Assembly: GCA_043804695.1 (NCBI GenBank)
Contig: JAZDIV010000124.1
Location: forward strand, 1 to 16,552
From: PVC group bacterium
Lineage (GTDB): Bacteria; Auribacterota; Erginobacteria; Erginobacterales; Erginobacteraceae
DNA length: 16,552 bases
Direction of reading: 5' to 3'
The position numbers and the translations under genes were made by a program. Position 1 is the first letter of the stretch. Every line of letters begins with the position of its first letter. Below are positions 1 to 7,964 of the stretch, piece by piece. Below the pieces are notes generated by a model. That model was not told the DNA's origin. It did not search any database and saw only the letters and a list, made by a program, of their open reading frames with translations.

Positions 1-166
1 GAAACGGCAATGTTTAATGGGATCAGAGAGGGGATGCCTTTTCTGGTTCCGAGCACGAAAAATGCAGCCCAACGGCCGCAACGCTTGCAAAAACCCCGAG
101 AAAAGGAAAAAGGTAAAATTTCATAAGTTTCTACCGGGGAAGTATTTACAAATATTCAAATCACGC

Positions 167-190
167 AAAAACCGCCTTCCGGAAGTGCGG
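167..190 (-). terminator. Probable Rho-independent terminator of the NHL/FG-GAP gene
   Basis: Minus strand reads CCGC(A)CTT-CCGG-AAGGCGG-TTTTT, about 85 nt past the stop at 274. Confidence 0.55.
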
Positions 191-273
191 AATGTAAGTC
201 TAAGACCTTATATGATGCCTATTTTATAGATAATGCGTTACAATGCAAGCAGATACTATGGTCCGACCCCAAA

Positions 274-3087
274 TTATTCCACCACGGGGAGGTCGTCGGT
301 CCTCCCGAAGTAAACCCGGGTGAGCCCGCGGACCGCCCAGAGGCCGGCGAAAGGTCTGAAAATGGCGATCCCGTCCCGGCCGGAACCGGCGAAGTCGGCC
401 GGGACCGGGAAGTCGGAGGAGCCGCCGAAGTAGGCCCGGGAAATCCCCCGGATCGCCCAGAGCCCGGCGGCGGGGCGGTAGATACCGGGATCCTGGGTGC
501 CGTCGCCGGAAAAATCCCCGGAGACCGGCTCGTCGGAGGCACCGCCGAAATAGAACCGGCTCACCCCTCTCATCGCCCAGAGCCCGGCGGCGGGGCGGTA
601 GATGGCGATCCCGCTCTTCCCGTCGCCGTTAAAATCGGCGGAAACCGGATCGTCGCCAGCCCCTCCGAAATAGCTCCGGGTAACGCCCCGGACCGCCCAG
701 AGTCCGGCGGCGGGACGGTAGATGGCGATCTCGCTCTTCCCGTCGCCGTTAAAATCGGCGGGAACCGGATCGTCATTGGCCCCTCCGAAATAGCTCCGGG
801 TAACGCCCCGAACCGCCCAGAGTCCGGCTGCCGGGCGGTAGATCCCGACATCGGTGGTCCCGTTCCCGTCGTAATCGCGGGAGACCGGGATATCGCTGCT
901 CCCGCCGAAATACAGTCGGCTCACTCCCCGGACCGCCCAGAGTCCGGCGGACGCGCGGTAAATCGCCACGTCCGAGGTCCCGTCGCCGTTGTAATCCCCC
1001 CGCGCCCGGTGCCCGAAAGGCGGCGACGAGGTGGGGGACGGGGTGACGGTCGGCGGGAGTGTCGGCTTAACAGACGGCGTGGGGGTGGCTGGCGGGGGGA
1101 GTGTCGGCTTAACGGACGGCGTGACAGTCGGGGTGGGTGTGACACTGGCTGTCGGTGTGACCGAGGGGGTCGCCGTGGGGCTGGGAGTCGGTGTCGGCAC
1201 CGCCTTGGCCAGCTTACAGAGCCAGCGGTCGCTGTAGGTGGACCCATCCGAGCCGATGTAATAGTAGGTATCGATATTCCCGGTGAGCGGAGGCGGATAG
1301 ACATTAATTACCTGGCTGCCGTCGTAAGTAACCGTTACGAAATCCCCCTCCCGGATATCCAGATCATCGTTAACCCGGGTTACCTGGAGAGCCGCCGGCT
1401 GTCCGGGGTAGTTGTTCCCGTCGGAAAAAGTATCCGCGTTGTCGAAGATGGTCCCGTAAACATCGGTATCCGGAAGTCCCGCCCGGGTGATTCTCCATCT
1501 CCAGCCGCTGCTTTCTGTCGATCTCGTCCGGCCCAGAGCCAGATTTTGGACGTCGGCGATATCAAGAGTGAGGCTGCAGTAGGGAGGAGTCGGCGTCATA
1601 CTCGGTGTCGGGGTCGGCGTGAGAGAGGGCGTCGGTGTGACGCTGGGGGTCGGGGTCACACTCGGCGTCACCGAGGGGGAGGGAGGCGGCGTCTTGTAGC
1701 CTTCCGGCGTCGGTGTGACGGACGGGGTAACGGTCGGCGTCGGTGTCACCGACGGCGACGGAGTTACCGAGGGCGTGGGGGAAGGAGTCTTGTAGCCCTC
1801 CGGGGTCGGACTGGGCGTGGGCCCCTCGAAGATGAGAACCCGGTTATTGTTGGAGTCGGCCACCAGGAGATTGGACCCGTCCATTGCGACCCCATCAGGC
1901 CAGTAGAAGGTGCGGGCGGTGGGGGGAGGCGGCAGCAGCGGTTCAATCAGGTCCGGGTCGGTGCCGTTGGCCAGCCGGGAGGTCATGTTCTCCTGCCCGA
2001 GAACGATGTCCGCCGAGGCGCCGTCACTGACGGGGATGGTGTCGTAAATGAGCACCCGGTGATTCTCCGAATCGGCGATGAAGAGGCGGGTGCCGTCGGA
2101 GGAGACATTCCCGAACGGACCGTAGAGCGTGTTCGCCGCCGGTATCTCCAGGCCCTGGTTGGGCTCTCCGGAGAGGGCATCGTCCTGACCGACCACCACA
2201 TCCGCCGGCGCGCCGTTGACTGTAGGAATGCTGTTGTAAATAAGCACCCGGTTATTGCCGGTGTCGGTAATGAACATCCTGGTCCCGATGACAAAAACGC
2301 CGGTCGGTTCATAGATGGTGTCGGCCGCCGGGCTCCCATAGCCCTGGTTGGTCTGGTCGCTCCACATATCTTCCTGCCCCACAACGACATCGGCGGAGAC
2401 GTCAAAAGTCGTCGGGACCTGGTTGAAGATCAACACGCGATTATTATACCGATCGGCTATGAATAACTTGCCGTCGCAGAGACAGAGATTCCGCGGCTCA
2501 TAGCTGGTTTTTGGTCCCACGCCTTCCAGGCGGTTGGCCCAATAGTCGTCGACAAGGGAGAGCTGGCCGATGGGGATGTCGGCGCTGGCGTCGTTCGCCG
2601 TCGGGATGGAGTTGAAGACCAATGTCCGGTTATTGAACGTGTCGCCGATCAGGAGCTGGGAGCCCTGGACATATACCCCGTCCGGCCAGTGGAGCGTGTT
2701 GGCCATGGGAAACCACGGCTCCTGTCCCGCGGGGTGCTGGTTCCGGGCGTTGCTGGTCATGTCCGGCTGGCCGATGACTACAGCAGCACTCTGATTATTG
2801 AATATGGGGACGGAGTTGTAGATAAGCACCCGGTTGTTATGATAATCGGCGATATAGAGTTTCCCATCCTCGACCTGGGACTCACCGGGCCAGTAGAGGG
2901 TGGACGCGGTGGGCGGAAAAGGGTTCTGCCAGTCCTCGACCTGGTTGATGCCGTTATGTGTCATATCAGCCTGGCCGATGACCACGGCGGCTTCCTGGTT
3001 GGTCTCAAAAGAAAAAGCCGACACGGGGAGCAGGAAGAGGACAATAATCCCCGTTGCTCTAATTATATAGTTACGAATATCTTTCAT
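274..3087 (-). CDS. Secreted multidomain surface protein: 6 NHL repeats, Pro/Thr linker, unknown ~125-aa domain, Pro/Thr linker, 6 FG-GAP/VCBS-like repeats
   Basis: Signal peptide [26 protein letters not shown]; six 'P.GV..DG.LFIAD..NNRVLI(Y/F)' units with 'A.VVIGQ.D' spacers; TPSVTP linkers; six 'GD(Y/F)[25 protein letters not shown]' units. ATG 3087 preferred to 3111, which lies only ~5 nt past the -10 box. Confidence 0.85.
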   Translation of the reverse strand: MKDIRNYIIRATGIIVLFLLPVSAFSFETNQEAAVVIGQADMTHNGINQVEDWQNPFPPTASTLYWPGESQVEDGKLYIADYHNNRVLIYNSVPIFNNQSAAVVIGQPDMTSNARNQHPAGQEPWFPMANTLHWPDGVYVQGSQLLIGDTFNNRTLVFNSIPTANDASADIPIGQLSLVDDYWANRLEGVGPKTSYEPRNLCLCDGKLFIADRYNNRVLIFNQVPTTFDVSADVVVGQEDMWSDQTNQGYGSPAADTIYEPTGVFVIGTRMFITDTGNNRVLIYNSIPTVNGAPADVVVGQDDALSGEPNQGLEIPAANTLYGPFGNVSSDGTRLFIADSENHRVLIYDTIPVSDGASADIVLGQENMTSRLANGTDPDLIEPLLPPPPTARTFYWPDGVAMDGSNLLVADSNNNRVLIFEGPTPSPTPEGYKTPSPTPSVTPSPSVTPTPTVTPSVTPTPEGYKTPPPSPSVTPSVTPTPSVTPTPSLTPTPTPSMTPTPPYCSLTLDIADVQNLALGRTRSTESSGWRWRITRAGLPDTDVYGTIFDNADTFSDGNNYPGQPAALQVTRVNDDLDIREGDFVTVTYDGSQVINVYPPPLTGNIDTYYYIGSDGSTYSDRWLCKLAKAVPTPTPSPTATPSVTPTASVTPTPTVTPSVKPTLPPPATPTPSVKPTLPPTVTPSPTSSPPFGHRARGDYNGDGTSDVAIYRASAGLWAVRGVSRLYFGGSSDIPVSRDYDGNGTTDVGIYRPAAGLWAVRGVTRSYFGGANDDPVPADFNGDGKSEIAIYRPAAGLWAVRGVTRSYFGGAGDDPVSADFNGDGKSGIAIYRPAAGLWAMRGVSRFYFGGASDEPVSGDFSGDGTQDPGIYRPAAGLWAIRGISRAYFGGSSDFPVPADFAGSGRDGIAIFRPFAGLWAVRGLTRVYFGRTDDLPVVE
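277..999 (-). repeat. Intragenic 120-bp (40-aa) tandem repeat x6
   Basis: Near-identical blocks recur at 301, 421, 541, 661, 781 and 901 (for example 'ccgaaatag' and 'cgcccagag'). Confidence 0.9.
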
Positions 3088-3115
3088 TCTCTTCCGGCCG
3101 GTTCGGCTCATATAA

Positions 3116-3144
3116 AATATAGCCCGGGATTACCGTTTTGTCAA
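3116..3144 (-). promoter_or_regulatory. Sigma70-type promoter for the NHL/FG-GAP gene
   Basis: Minus strand TTGACA (3144-3139), 17-nt spacer, TATATT (3121-3116). Confidence 0.75.
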
Positions 3145-3189
3145 GTTTACCCGGGAGAGCCGGATAATGTAATTAGCGCGGGGAATCAC

Positions 3190-3218
3190 TTGACAATAGT
3201 GATCGTCAGGCTTATATT
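3190..3218 (+). promoter_or_regulatory. Sigma70-type promoter for the minor pilin operon
   Basis: TTGACA (3190-3195), 17-nt spacer, TATATT (3213-3218); GAGGG 5' of ATG 3238. Confidence 0.75.
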
Positions 3219-3237
3219 TTATATGAGGGTTTAGAAA

Positions 3238-3657
3238 ATGAGAAGGAACCCGAACCCGTTGACCCGCGGCGCAGGTTTCACGATCATCGAACTGGTGTTC
3301 GTTATCCTGGTGATCGGCATTATCGCGGCCGTGGCGATACCGCAGATGGTCTCCATGACCGGCATCACATCTTCCCTGGCGGCGGACATGGCCGCCTCCG
3401 ATATCCGGGCCGTGCAGCACGTCGCCATGTTCACCGGCAGTCCCCGGACCATCTTCTTCGGGGGAAACGGCTACACGGCGGGCGGTCTGGATCCGGAAGT
3501 CCGGGCCCTCCCCGGCAACGCCGTCGCCGATCCCTACTTGATAACCTTCAACTCATTCGGAGAGCCGGACCAGGGTGGGAATTTCGATATCAGCTCCGGC
3601 GGTGACTCGCACACGATAACGATCGAGGCCTTGACCGGGAAGGTGACGATAAATTAA
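3238..3657 (+). CDS. Type IV prepilin-like minor pilin/pseudopilin, GspH/FimT-like
   Basis: Class III signal RGAG|FTIIELVFVILVIGIIAAVAIP with E5; C-terminal 'ITFNSFGEP...ITIEALTGKV' typical of GspH/FimT/MshC. Confidence 0.85.
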   Translation: MRRNPNPLTRGAGFTIIELVFVILVIGIIAAVAIPQMVSMTGITSSLAADMAASDIRAVQHVAMFTGSPRTIFFGGNGYTAGGLDPEVRALPGNAVADPYLITFNSFGEPDQGGNFDISSGGDSHTITIEALTGKVTIN

Positions 3658-3669
3658 CTACTTAAAACC

Positions 3670-3743
3670 GGGGTGATGGAGTATTAGAGTGATGGGGACC
3701 CAAGTTCTCAATACCCCATTATTCCATTACCCCAACACTCCAT
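3670..3743. repeat. Hairpin element built from 8-mer tandem units (GGAGTRAT type)
   Basis: Left arm ggggtgat-ggagtatt-agagtgat-gggg; right arm caataccc-cattattc-cattaccc-caacactc-cat, its approximate reverse complement. Confidence 0.7.
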
Positions 3744-3789
3744 AATAACTAGACCAATCCTGTTGCAGTGGTGTAGCTTGAGCGTACTG

Positions 3790-4185
3790 ATGAAGATATC
3801 CAACACAAATGCCCCCGGCTGGACGCTGATCGAGATCGTGGTGATCCTGATCGTGGCGGCGATCATCCTGCCGGCCCTGATATTTCCTTTCATCGAAGGC
3901 GTGCGGGGACTGAACATGCCGGTCATCAGCGGGACGCTGGCGCTTTTGGCCCAGGAGGAGATGGAGAAGAAGGTGGTCTGCTTAAGCTACGAGTTGGTGA
4001 ACGGATGGGCCAGCACCCCCTTCTCCGCTCCCTTCGGAGATTACAGCAGCACCTGTAACATTGATCCGAACGCCTCCTTCGGGACCATAAATGAAGGCTT
4101 GATGGAGATCACCGTCACGGTGACCCATATCGACGGCCAGACGCTGTCTCTGGTCACGGTAAAATCAGACTGGGAATTGCAATGA
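3790..4185 (+). CDS. Minor pilin/pseudopilin, GspI/PilV/MshD-like
   Basis: APG|WTLIEIVVILIVAAIILP with E5; 'LALLAQEEME' helix and 'LMEITVTVT' strand. ATG 3790 preferred to TTG 3763. Confidence 0.8.
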   Translation: MKISNTNAPGWTLIEIVVILIVAAIILPALIFPFIEGVRGLNMPVISGTLALLAQEEMEKKVVCLSYELVNGWASTPFSAPFGDYSSTCNIDPNASFGTINEGLMEITVTVTHIDGQTLSLVTVKSDWELQ

Positions 4186-4679
4186 GCTCGGGCCCGATAC
4201 ACTACAACCGCTGTCCCGGCTACACCATTATCGAGATGGTGGTGGTGATCATCCTGGTTACTCTCCTGGCGGCTTTCTCGATCCAGGCCGTCATCATGTC
4301 CATGGAGACCTATATCACCGCCGCCCGGGACTACCTGGAACTGTTCAAGGAAGCCCAGCTGGCAATGGAGAAGATGACCCGGGAGATCCGGGAGACGGAT
4401 CCGGACAGCATAATCGTAACAACCGGTTCAATCGCTTTCACCAAAGATACCGATCATGAGACCCCCAATGATCCCAGCCTGGCGGTCACCTTCGCGCAAA
4501 GCGGGGACGTTATCCAACGCCAGACCGGAGCCGGAAACTTCATCCTGGTCGAAGATGTCGAGGCCGCGTCTTTCGTCGCCAACCAGGACGAGAATAATGT
4601 GGTCACTCTGTCCTTCACCGTCTCCAGGGGTTCAACCAACATCCCGGTAAGAACGGCGGTGCTGCCGAGGCAGCCATAG
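4182..4679 (+). CDS. Minor pilin/pseudopilin, GspJ/PilW/MshO-like
   Basis: CPG|YTIIEMVVVIILV; 'AQLAMEKMTREIRE' helix; ATGA overlap with the previous gene; ends 'VRTAVLPR'. Confidence 0.82.
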   Translation: MSSGPIHYNRCPGYTIIEMVVVIILVTLLAAFSIQAVIMSMETYITAARDYLELFKEAQLAMEKMTREIRETDPDSIIVTTGSIAFTKDTDHETPNDPSLAVTFAQSGDVIQRQTGAGNFILVEDVEAASFVANQDENNVVTLSFTVSRGSTNIPVRTAVLPRQP

Positions 4680-5042
4680 ATGAAAAAGGTGCTGCGTCAC
4701 ATCATCGGAGAGGAAAGAGGCCTGGCCCTCCTTTCCCTGATCATCATCATGCTGATCCTGGGGGTGGTGGCGTATACTTTTGTCAACATGATCACCACCA
4801 CGCAGTCTTCCGCGGTGTTTGCCAACAAATCCCTGGGGGCCTTCTATATTACCGAAGGGGCCCTCCAGATCGGGAAAAAATATGTCGCCGAATACTGGGC
4901 GACGGAGACCACTGTTCCCCTGGGAATGGATTTCTGCATTTTCAGTGATGAGCCTCTGGGTAACGGCACGTTCAGTGTCTGGGTAAACATGTCCGAGATT
5001 ACGTATGCCACCTTTACCGCTTCCGGGAGCGTCTCATACTAA
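4680..5042 (+). CDS. Short PilX/GspK/MshP-like tip minor pilin (120 aa)
   Basis: EERG|LALLSLIIIMLILGVV lacking E5, as is typical of K/X-type pilins; 'AFYITEGALQ' matches the PilX A(F/L)Y.AE.G motif; starts directly after the previous stop. Confidence 0.8.
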   Translation: MKKVLRHIIGEERGLALLSLIIIMLILGVVAYTFVNMITTTQSSAVFANKSLGAFYITEGALQIGKKYVAEYWATETTVPLGMDFCIFSDEPLGNGTFSVWVNMSEITYATFTASGSVSY

Positions 5043-5125
5043 ATTGAATGATTACCGGAGGGTAAAGGGTAATGATTGACAGATCCATCCCGTTCATCCG
5101 GGCCGGAAAACGCCCTCGGAAAACC

Positions 5126-5186
5126 TGAGAATATTTTTTGAGAATATTTTTTATACCTTGACAAACTGCATTTTTGGCCTTATATT
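5126..5186 (+). promoter_or_regulatory. Sigma70-type promoter with an upstream 13-bp tandem repeat
   Basis: TGAGAATATTTTT x2 (5126-5151), then TTGACA (5158-5163), 17 nt, TATATT (5181-5186). Confidence 0.7.
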
Positions 5187-5245
5187 TAGTTGGGACGTTA
5201 GGACAAGGATATGAAGCATTGCCCCCGGGGCAAGGAGAGATAAAG

Positions 5246-6280
5246 ATGAAGACCACACGCCTGCAGTTCATGGTGACGGCGCTCATCCTGCCGCTGTTTG
5301 CCGTCTTTTTCTGCGTCCAGCCCCTTTTCGGTGAGGGAACCTCGGTCAGGAAGGTGACCGAACAGATGCAGGCCGGAGAAACGGGCTACACGGGCGGGGG
5401 ATCCCCCCCGGGGCCTTTCGGCGATCACTGGCTTCACCTCCAGGAAAACGGAAAGGTGGACAGCTACGACTCCCGGGTTGGCCCCTATAACGAATCCAAG
5501 GGCTGCGAGGCCAAAGCCGGCAGCAACTGCGATCCCAATGATTCCGGGGCGGGCGTCAGCCTGGACAACAACGCCACGGTCTGCGGGGATGTCTCGGTGA
5601 CTACCCCGGCAGCGGAAGGCGACGTTACGGTCACGGACAATTCAACAATTAACGGCGATATCCTCTATAGCCAACCAGCCTGGGAACTTCTCCCCATAAC
5701 CTCTCCCGAGTGGTACACGGCCGCCGGGGGCGGACCGAGCGGACAGATTGTCGGGGAATACGGGAGCAAGCCGGGAGCATACGAGGTGACCAACAACGAA
5801 TTTCATGCTTATAACAACGCAATCGTCACCTTTCACGCCGGCCAGTACCACTTCGACACCTTCGAACTGAGCAACAGCGTCAATTTTACTGTCGATCCCG
5901 AGATCGGAGAAGACCAGATGGTCGAGATCTATGTCGAGAACAGCATTATTTTCGAGAACAATTCCGAACTCCTCCCCGCGATCGTGATCTCCGGAGACAC
6001 GACCAAGCTGCGGTTCTATTATGAAGGGACCACCACGGTGGATCTCTCCAACAACGTGACCTTCTACGGTTTCCTCTATGCGCCCAATGCCACAATTGAG
6101 GTCAAAAACAACGACGATATATACGGAAACCTGGTCGGGAAGCAGGTCTATATCTGGAACAACGCCGCGGTCCACTATGACAAGGCCTTGCTGGACCAGG
6201 ACTTCGGGACCATCTTCACCGGGGGCGTTCCGGCCCTCCCGCACGAGAGGAAAGACTGGAAAGAGATCATTATAAATTAA
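5246..6280 (+). CDS. Secreted beta-rich protein resembling the C-terminal domain of long PilX-family pilins (DUF7305-like), paralog A
   Basis: AAGGAG RBS before ATG 5246; Sec-type N-terminus MKTTRLQFMVTALILPLFAVFFCVQPLFG; motifs DSYDS..GPY, YGFLYAPNA, HYDKAL and terminal DWKEI; periodic Asn-Asn pairs. Confidence 0.7.
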   Translation: MKTTRLQFMVTALILPLFAVFFCVQPLFGEGTSVRKVTEQMQAGETGYTGGGSPPGPFGDHWLHLQENGKVDSYDSRVGPYNESKGCEAKAGSNCDPNDSGAGVSLDNNATVCGDVSVTTPAAEGDVTVTDNSTINGDILYSQPAWELLPITSPEWYTAAGGGPSGQIVGEYGSKPGAYEVTNNEFHAYNNAIVTFHAGQYHFDTFELSNSVNFTVDPEIGEDQMVEIYVENSIIFENNSELLPAIVISGDTTKLRFYYEGTTTVDLSNNVTFYGFLYAPNATIEVKNNDDIYGNLVGKQVYIWNNAAVHYDKALLDQDFGTIFTGGVPALPHERKDWKEIIIN

Positions 6281-6308
6281 CTCGCTGCGCTCGTTAATTT
6301 AGATAATC

Positions 6309-6344
6309 CCCTCCCGATTGTTTCAATCGGGAGGGCTGTTGTTT
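6309..6344 (+). terminator. Terminator-like hairpin after paralog A
   Basis: Perfect 12-bp stem CCCTCCCGATTG-ttt-CAATCGGGAGGG followed by ctgttgttt. Confidence 0.6.
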
Positions 6345-6501
6345 AAACGGAAATTATTTCTTGAAGGCGCTACCGCAAAAGGTATTCCTCACCACGGCCA
6401 ACATTTATTATTAAACACGGTATAGCCCCTCTATTAACCCGTCTTATTCCCCGGATAAATGATATATCAGTGAAATGCTGAAGCAGGCGGTTAACCTGTA
6501 C

Positions 6502-6533
6502 AAAAAAGAGCACCCGGAAGGGTGCTCTTTTTT
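6502..6533. terminator. Bidirectional Rho-independent terminator
   Basis: AAAAAA-GAGCACCC-ggaa-GGGTGCTC-TTTTTT. Confidence 0.85.
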
Positions 6534-6654
6534 ATCTGGTTCTCTTCCATTTATCTCAATACAATGTAAGAAACAATGATGGAGTATTGAAAACGGGCCT
6601 ACACCGGCCGACTCCTGTTTGCTAGCTACTGTTTCCGCAATTGTTTGCCGAGGC

Positions 6655-6683
6655 TTGACAAAATCGAAATCATATAGTATGGT
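6655..6683 (+). promoter_or_regulatory. Sigma70-type promoter for paralog B
   Basis: TTGACA (6655-6660), 17 nt, TATGGT (6678-6683). Confidence 0.55.
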
Positions 6684-6720
6684 TAAAATGCTGGTTGTAG
6701 GTGAATGCGCTCTGAATACT

Positions 6721-7764
6721 ATGAATAAAAAAATGACCACATTGCCGGTTTTTATCTTCACCCTTTTTGCGTCGATAGTGATGGTTTTTTTCTGTCTCCT
6801 GCCTCTTCTGATCGGGGAGACCTCCAGCAGAATATTGACCGAGCAGATGCAGTGCGGCGAGCAGGGCAGTTCCGGCGGGGGCGGTCCTCCCGGGCCGCAC
6901 GGCAAACATTGGGTCCATCTCCAGAACAACGCGGAAGCGGACAGCTACGACTCCCGGATCGGCCCCTATTCCGTCAGCAAAGGCAGCGACGTTGTCGTGG
7001 GAAGCAACTGTTATCCGAACGACTCCTCAGCGGGGATCAGCCTGGACAACAACGCCGAGGTGAAAGGGGACGTCACGGTAACCACCCCGGGAGCGGAGGG
7101 GGATATTACCCTGCAGAATAACTCGGTAGTTACCGGAGACTTTCTCTATAACCAGCCGGAGTGGGAATACCTCCCCATCACCTCTCCCGAGTGGTACACG
7201 GCGGCGGGGGGCGGCCCGAGCGGTCAGATCGACGGAAGCTACGGGAGCAAGCCGGGCCGGTACGAGATCACCGGCAACGGCTTCCGTGCCTACAATAATG
7301 CCGTGGTCACCTTCCACGCCGGCGAATACCACTTCGACACCTTCGAGCTGAGCAATAACGTTGCTTTCCAGGTTGATCCCGACATCGGAGAAGATGAATT
7401 CGTCGAGATTTACGTAGAGACCAGCATCATTTTCGAGAACAACTCCGAACTCCTTTCCCCGATCGAGATCACCGGGGATACCACGAAACTGCGGTTTTAC
7501 TTCGAGGGAACCAACAAGGTGGACCTCTCCAACAACGTGACCTTCTTCGGATTCATCTACGCTCCCAACGCCATGATCGAAATTCAGAACAACATGTCCA
7601 TTTACGGGAACATGACCGGTAAAGAGATCTACATCTGGAACAACGGGGCGGTTCACTACGACAAGGCGCTGGGAGACGAGGAATTCGGGAATATCTTCAC
7701 CGGGGGCGTTCCGGCCCGCCCGCACGAAAGGAAAGACTGGAGGGAGATTATTATCACGGAATAA
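6721..7764 (+). CDS. Secreted PilX-C-terminal-like protein, paralog B
   Basis: Colinear with paralog A, sharing identical blocks (LPITSPEWYTAAGGGPSGQI, YHFDTFELSN, GDTTKLRFY, PHERKDW). Start 6721 or 6733; upstream in-frame starts overlap the promoter. Confidence 0.75.
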   Translation: MNKKMTTLPVFIFTLFASIVMVFFCLLPLLIGETSSRILTEQMQCGEQGSSGGGGPPGPHGKHWVHLQNNAEADSYDSRIGPYSVSKGSDVVVGSNCYPNDSSAGISLDNNAEVKGDVTVTTPGAEGDITLQNNSVVTGDFLYNQPEWEYLPITSPEWYTAAGGGPSGQIDGSYGSKPGRYEITGNGFRAYNNAVVTFHAGEYHFDTFELSNNVAFQVDPDIGEDEFVEIYVETSIIFENNSELLSPIEITGDTTKLRFYFEGTNKVDLSNNVTFFGFIYAPNAMIEIQNNMSIYGNMTGKEIYIWNNGAVHYDKALGDEEFGNIFTGGVPARPHERKDWREIIITE

Positions 7765-7779
7765 CTGTTTGAGTCGACC

Positions 7780-7813
7780 AGAGGCACTCTGAGAGGGGTG
7801 CCTCTTTTTTTTT
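7780..7813 (+). terminator. Rho-independent terminator after paralog B
   Basis: AGAGGCACTCT-gaga-GGGGTGCCTCT followed by a T run. Confidence 0.85.
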
Positions 7814-7964
7814 ATCCCTATATGGTGTAGAGTAGTAGGAGAATGGAGTGGTGGATGGCTGAAGTGCCTCAAGCGTGTTACAGTGACTGAAATTACTTGC
7901 AGGATGCAAGATACCGGATGCTTCCATTGAACAATGATCATATTTTATTCCAGGGTAGTCTGTC

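Noticed and set aside
23..124. 33-aa minus-strand ORF MKFYLFPFLGVFASVAAVGLHFSC..., lipoprotein-like
   Set aside because: Very short, no clear RBS, non-canonical lipobox; hydrophobicity is explained by T-rich sequence.
17..229. 70-aa plus-strand ORF
   Set aside because: Lies in AT-rich intergenic DNA across a terminator and has no recognisable motifs.
1009..2466. 485-aa plus-strand ORF and other long antisense ORFs (7027-7941, 7938-8786, 11066-12307)
   Set aside because: Shadow frames of GC-rich genuine genes, with Arg/Gly-rich low-information translations.
5043..5245. Frameshifted pilX pseudogene joining 4680 to 5246
   Set aside because: The 200-nt gap holds a consensus promoter and RBS, and the downstream ORF has its own signal peptide, as does its paralog.
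6590..6655. c-di-GMP-I riboswitch-like GGCAAAC...GAAA...GCAAA on the minus strand
   Set aside because: P2 pairing is poor, the downstream consensus is missing, and no gene follows on that strand. An Rfam scan would settle it.
5246..7764. Diversity-generating retroelement TR/VR pair or shufflon
   Set aside because: Differences span whole genes and are not adenine-specific; no reverse transcriptase or recombinase is present, and both copies are in the same orientation.
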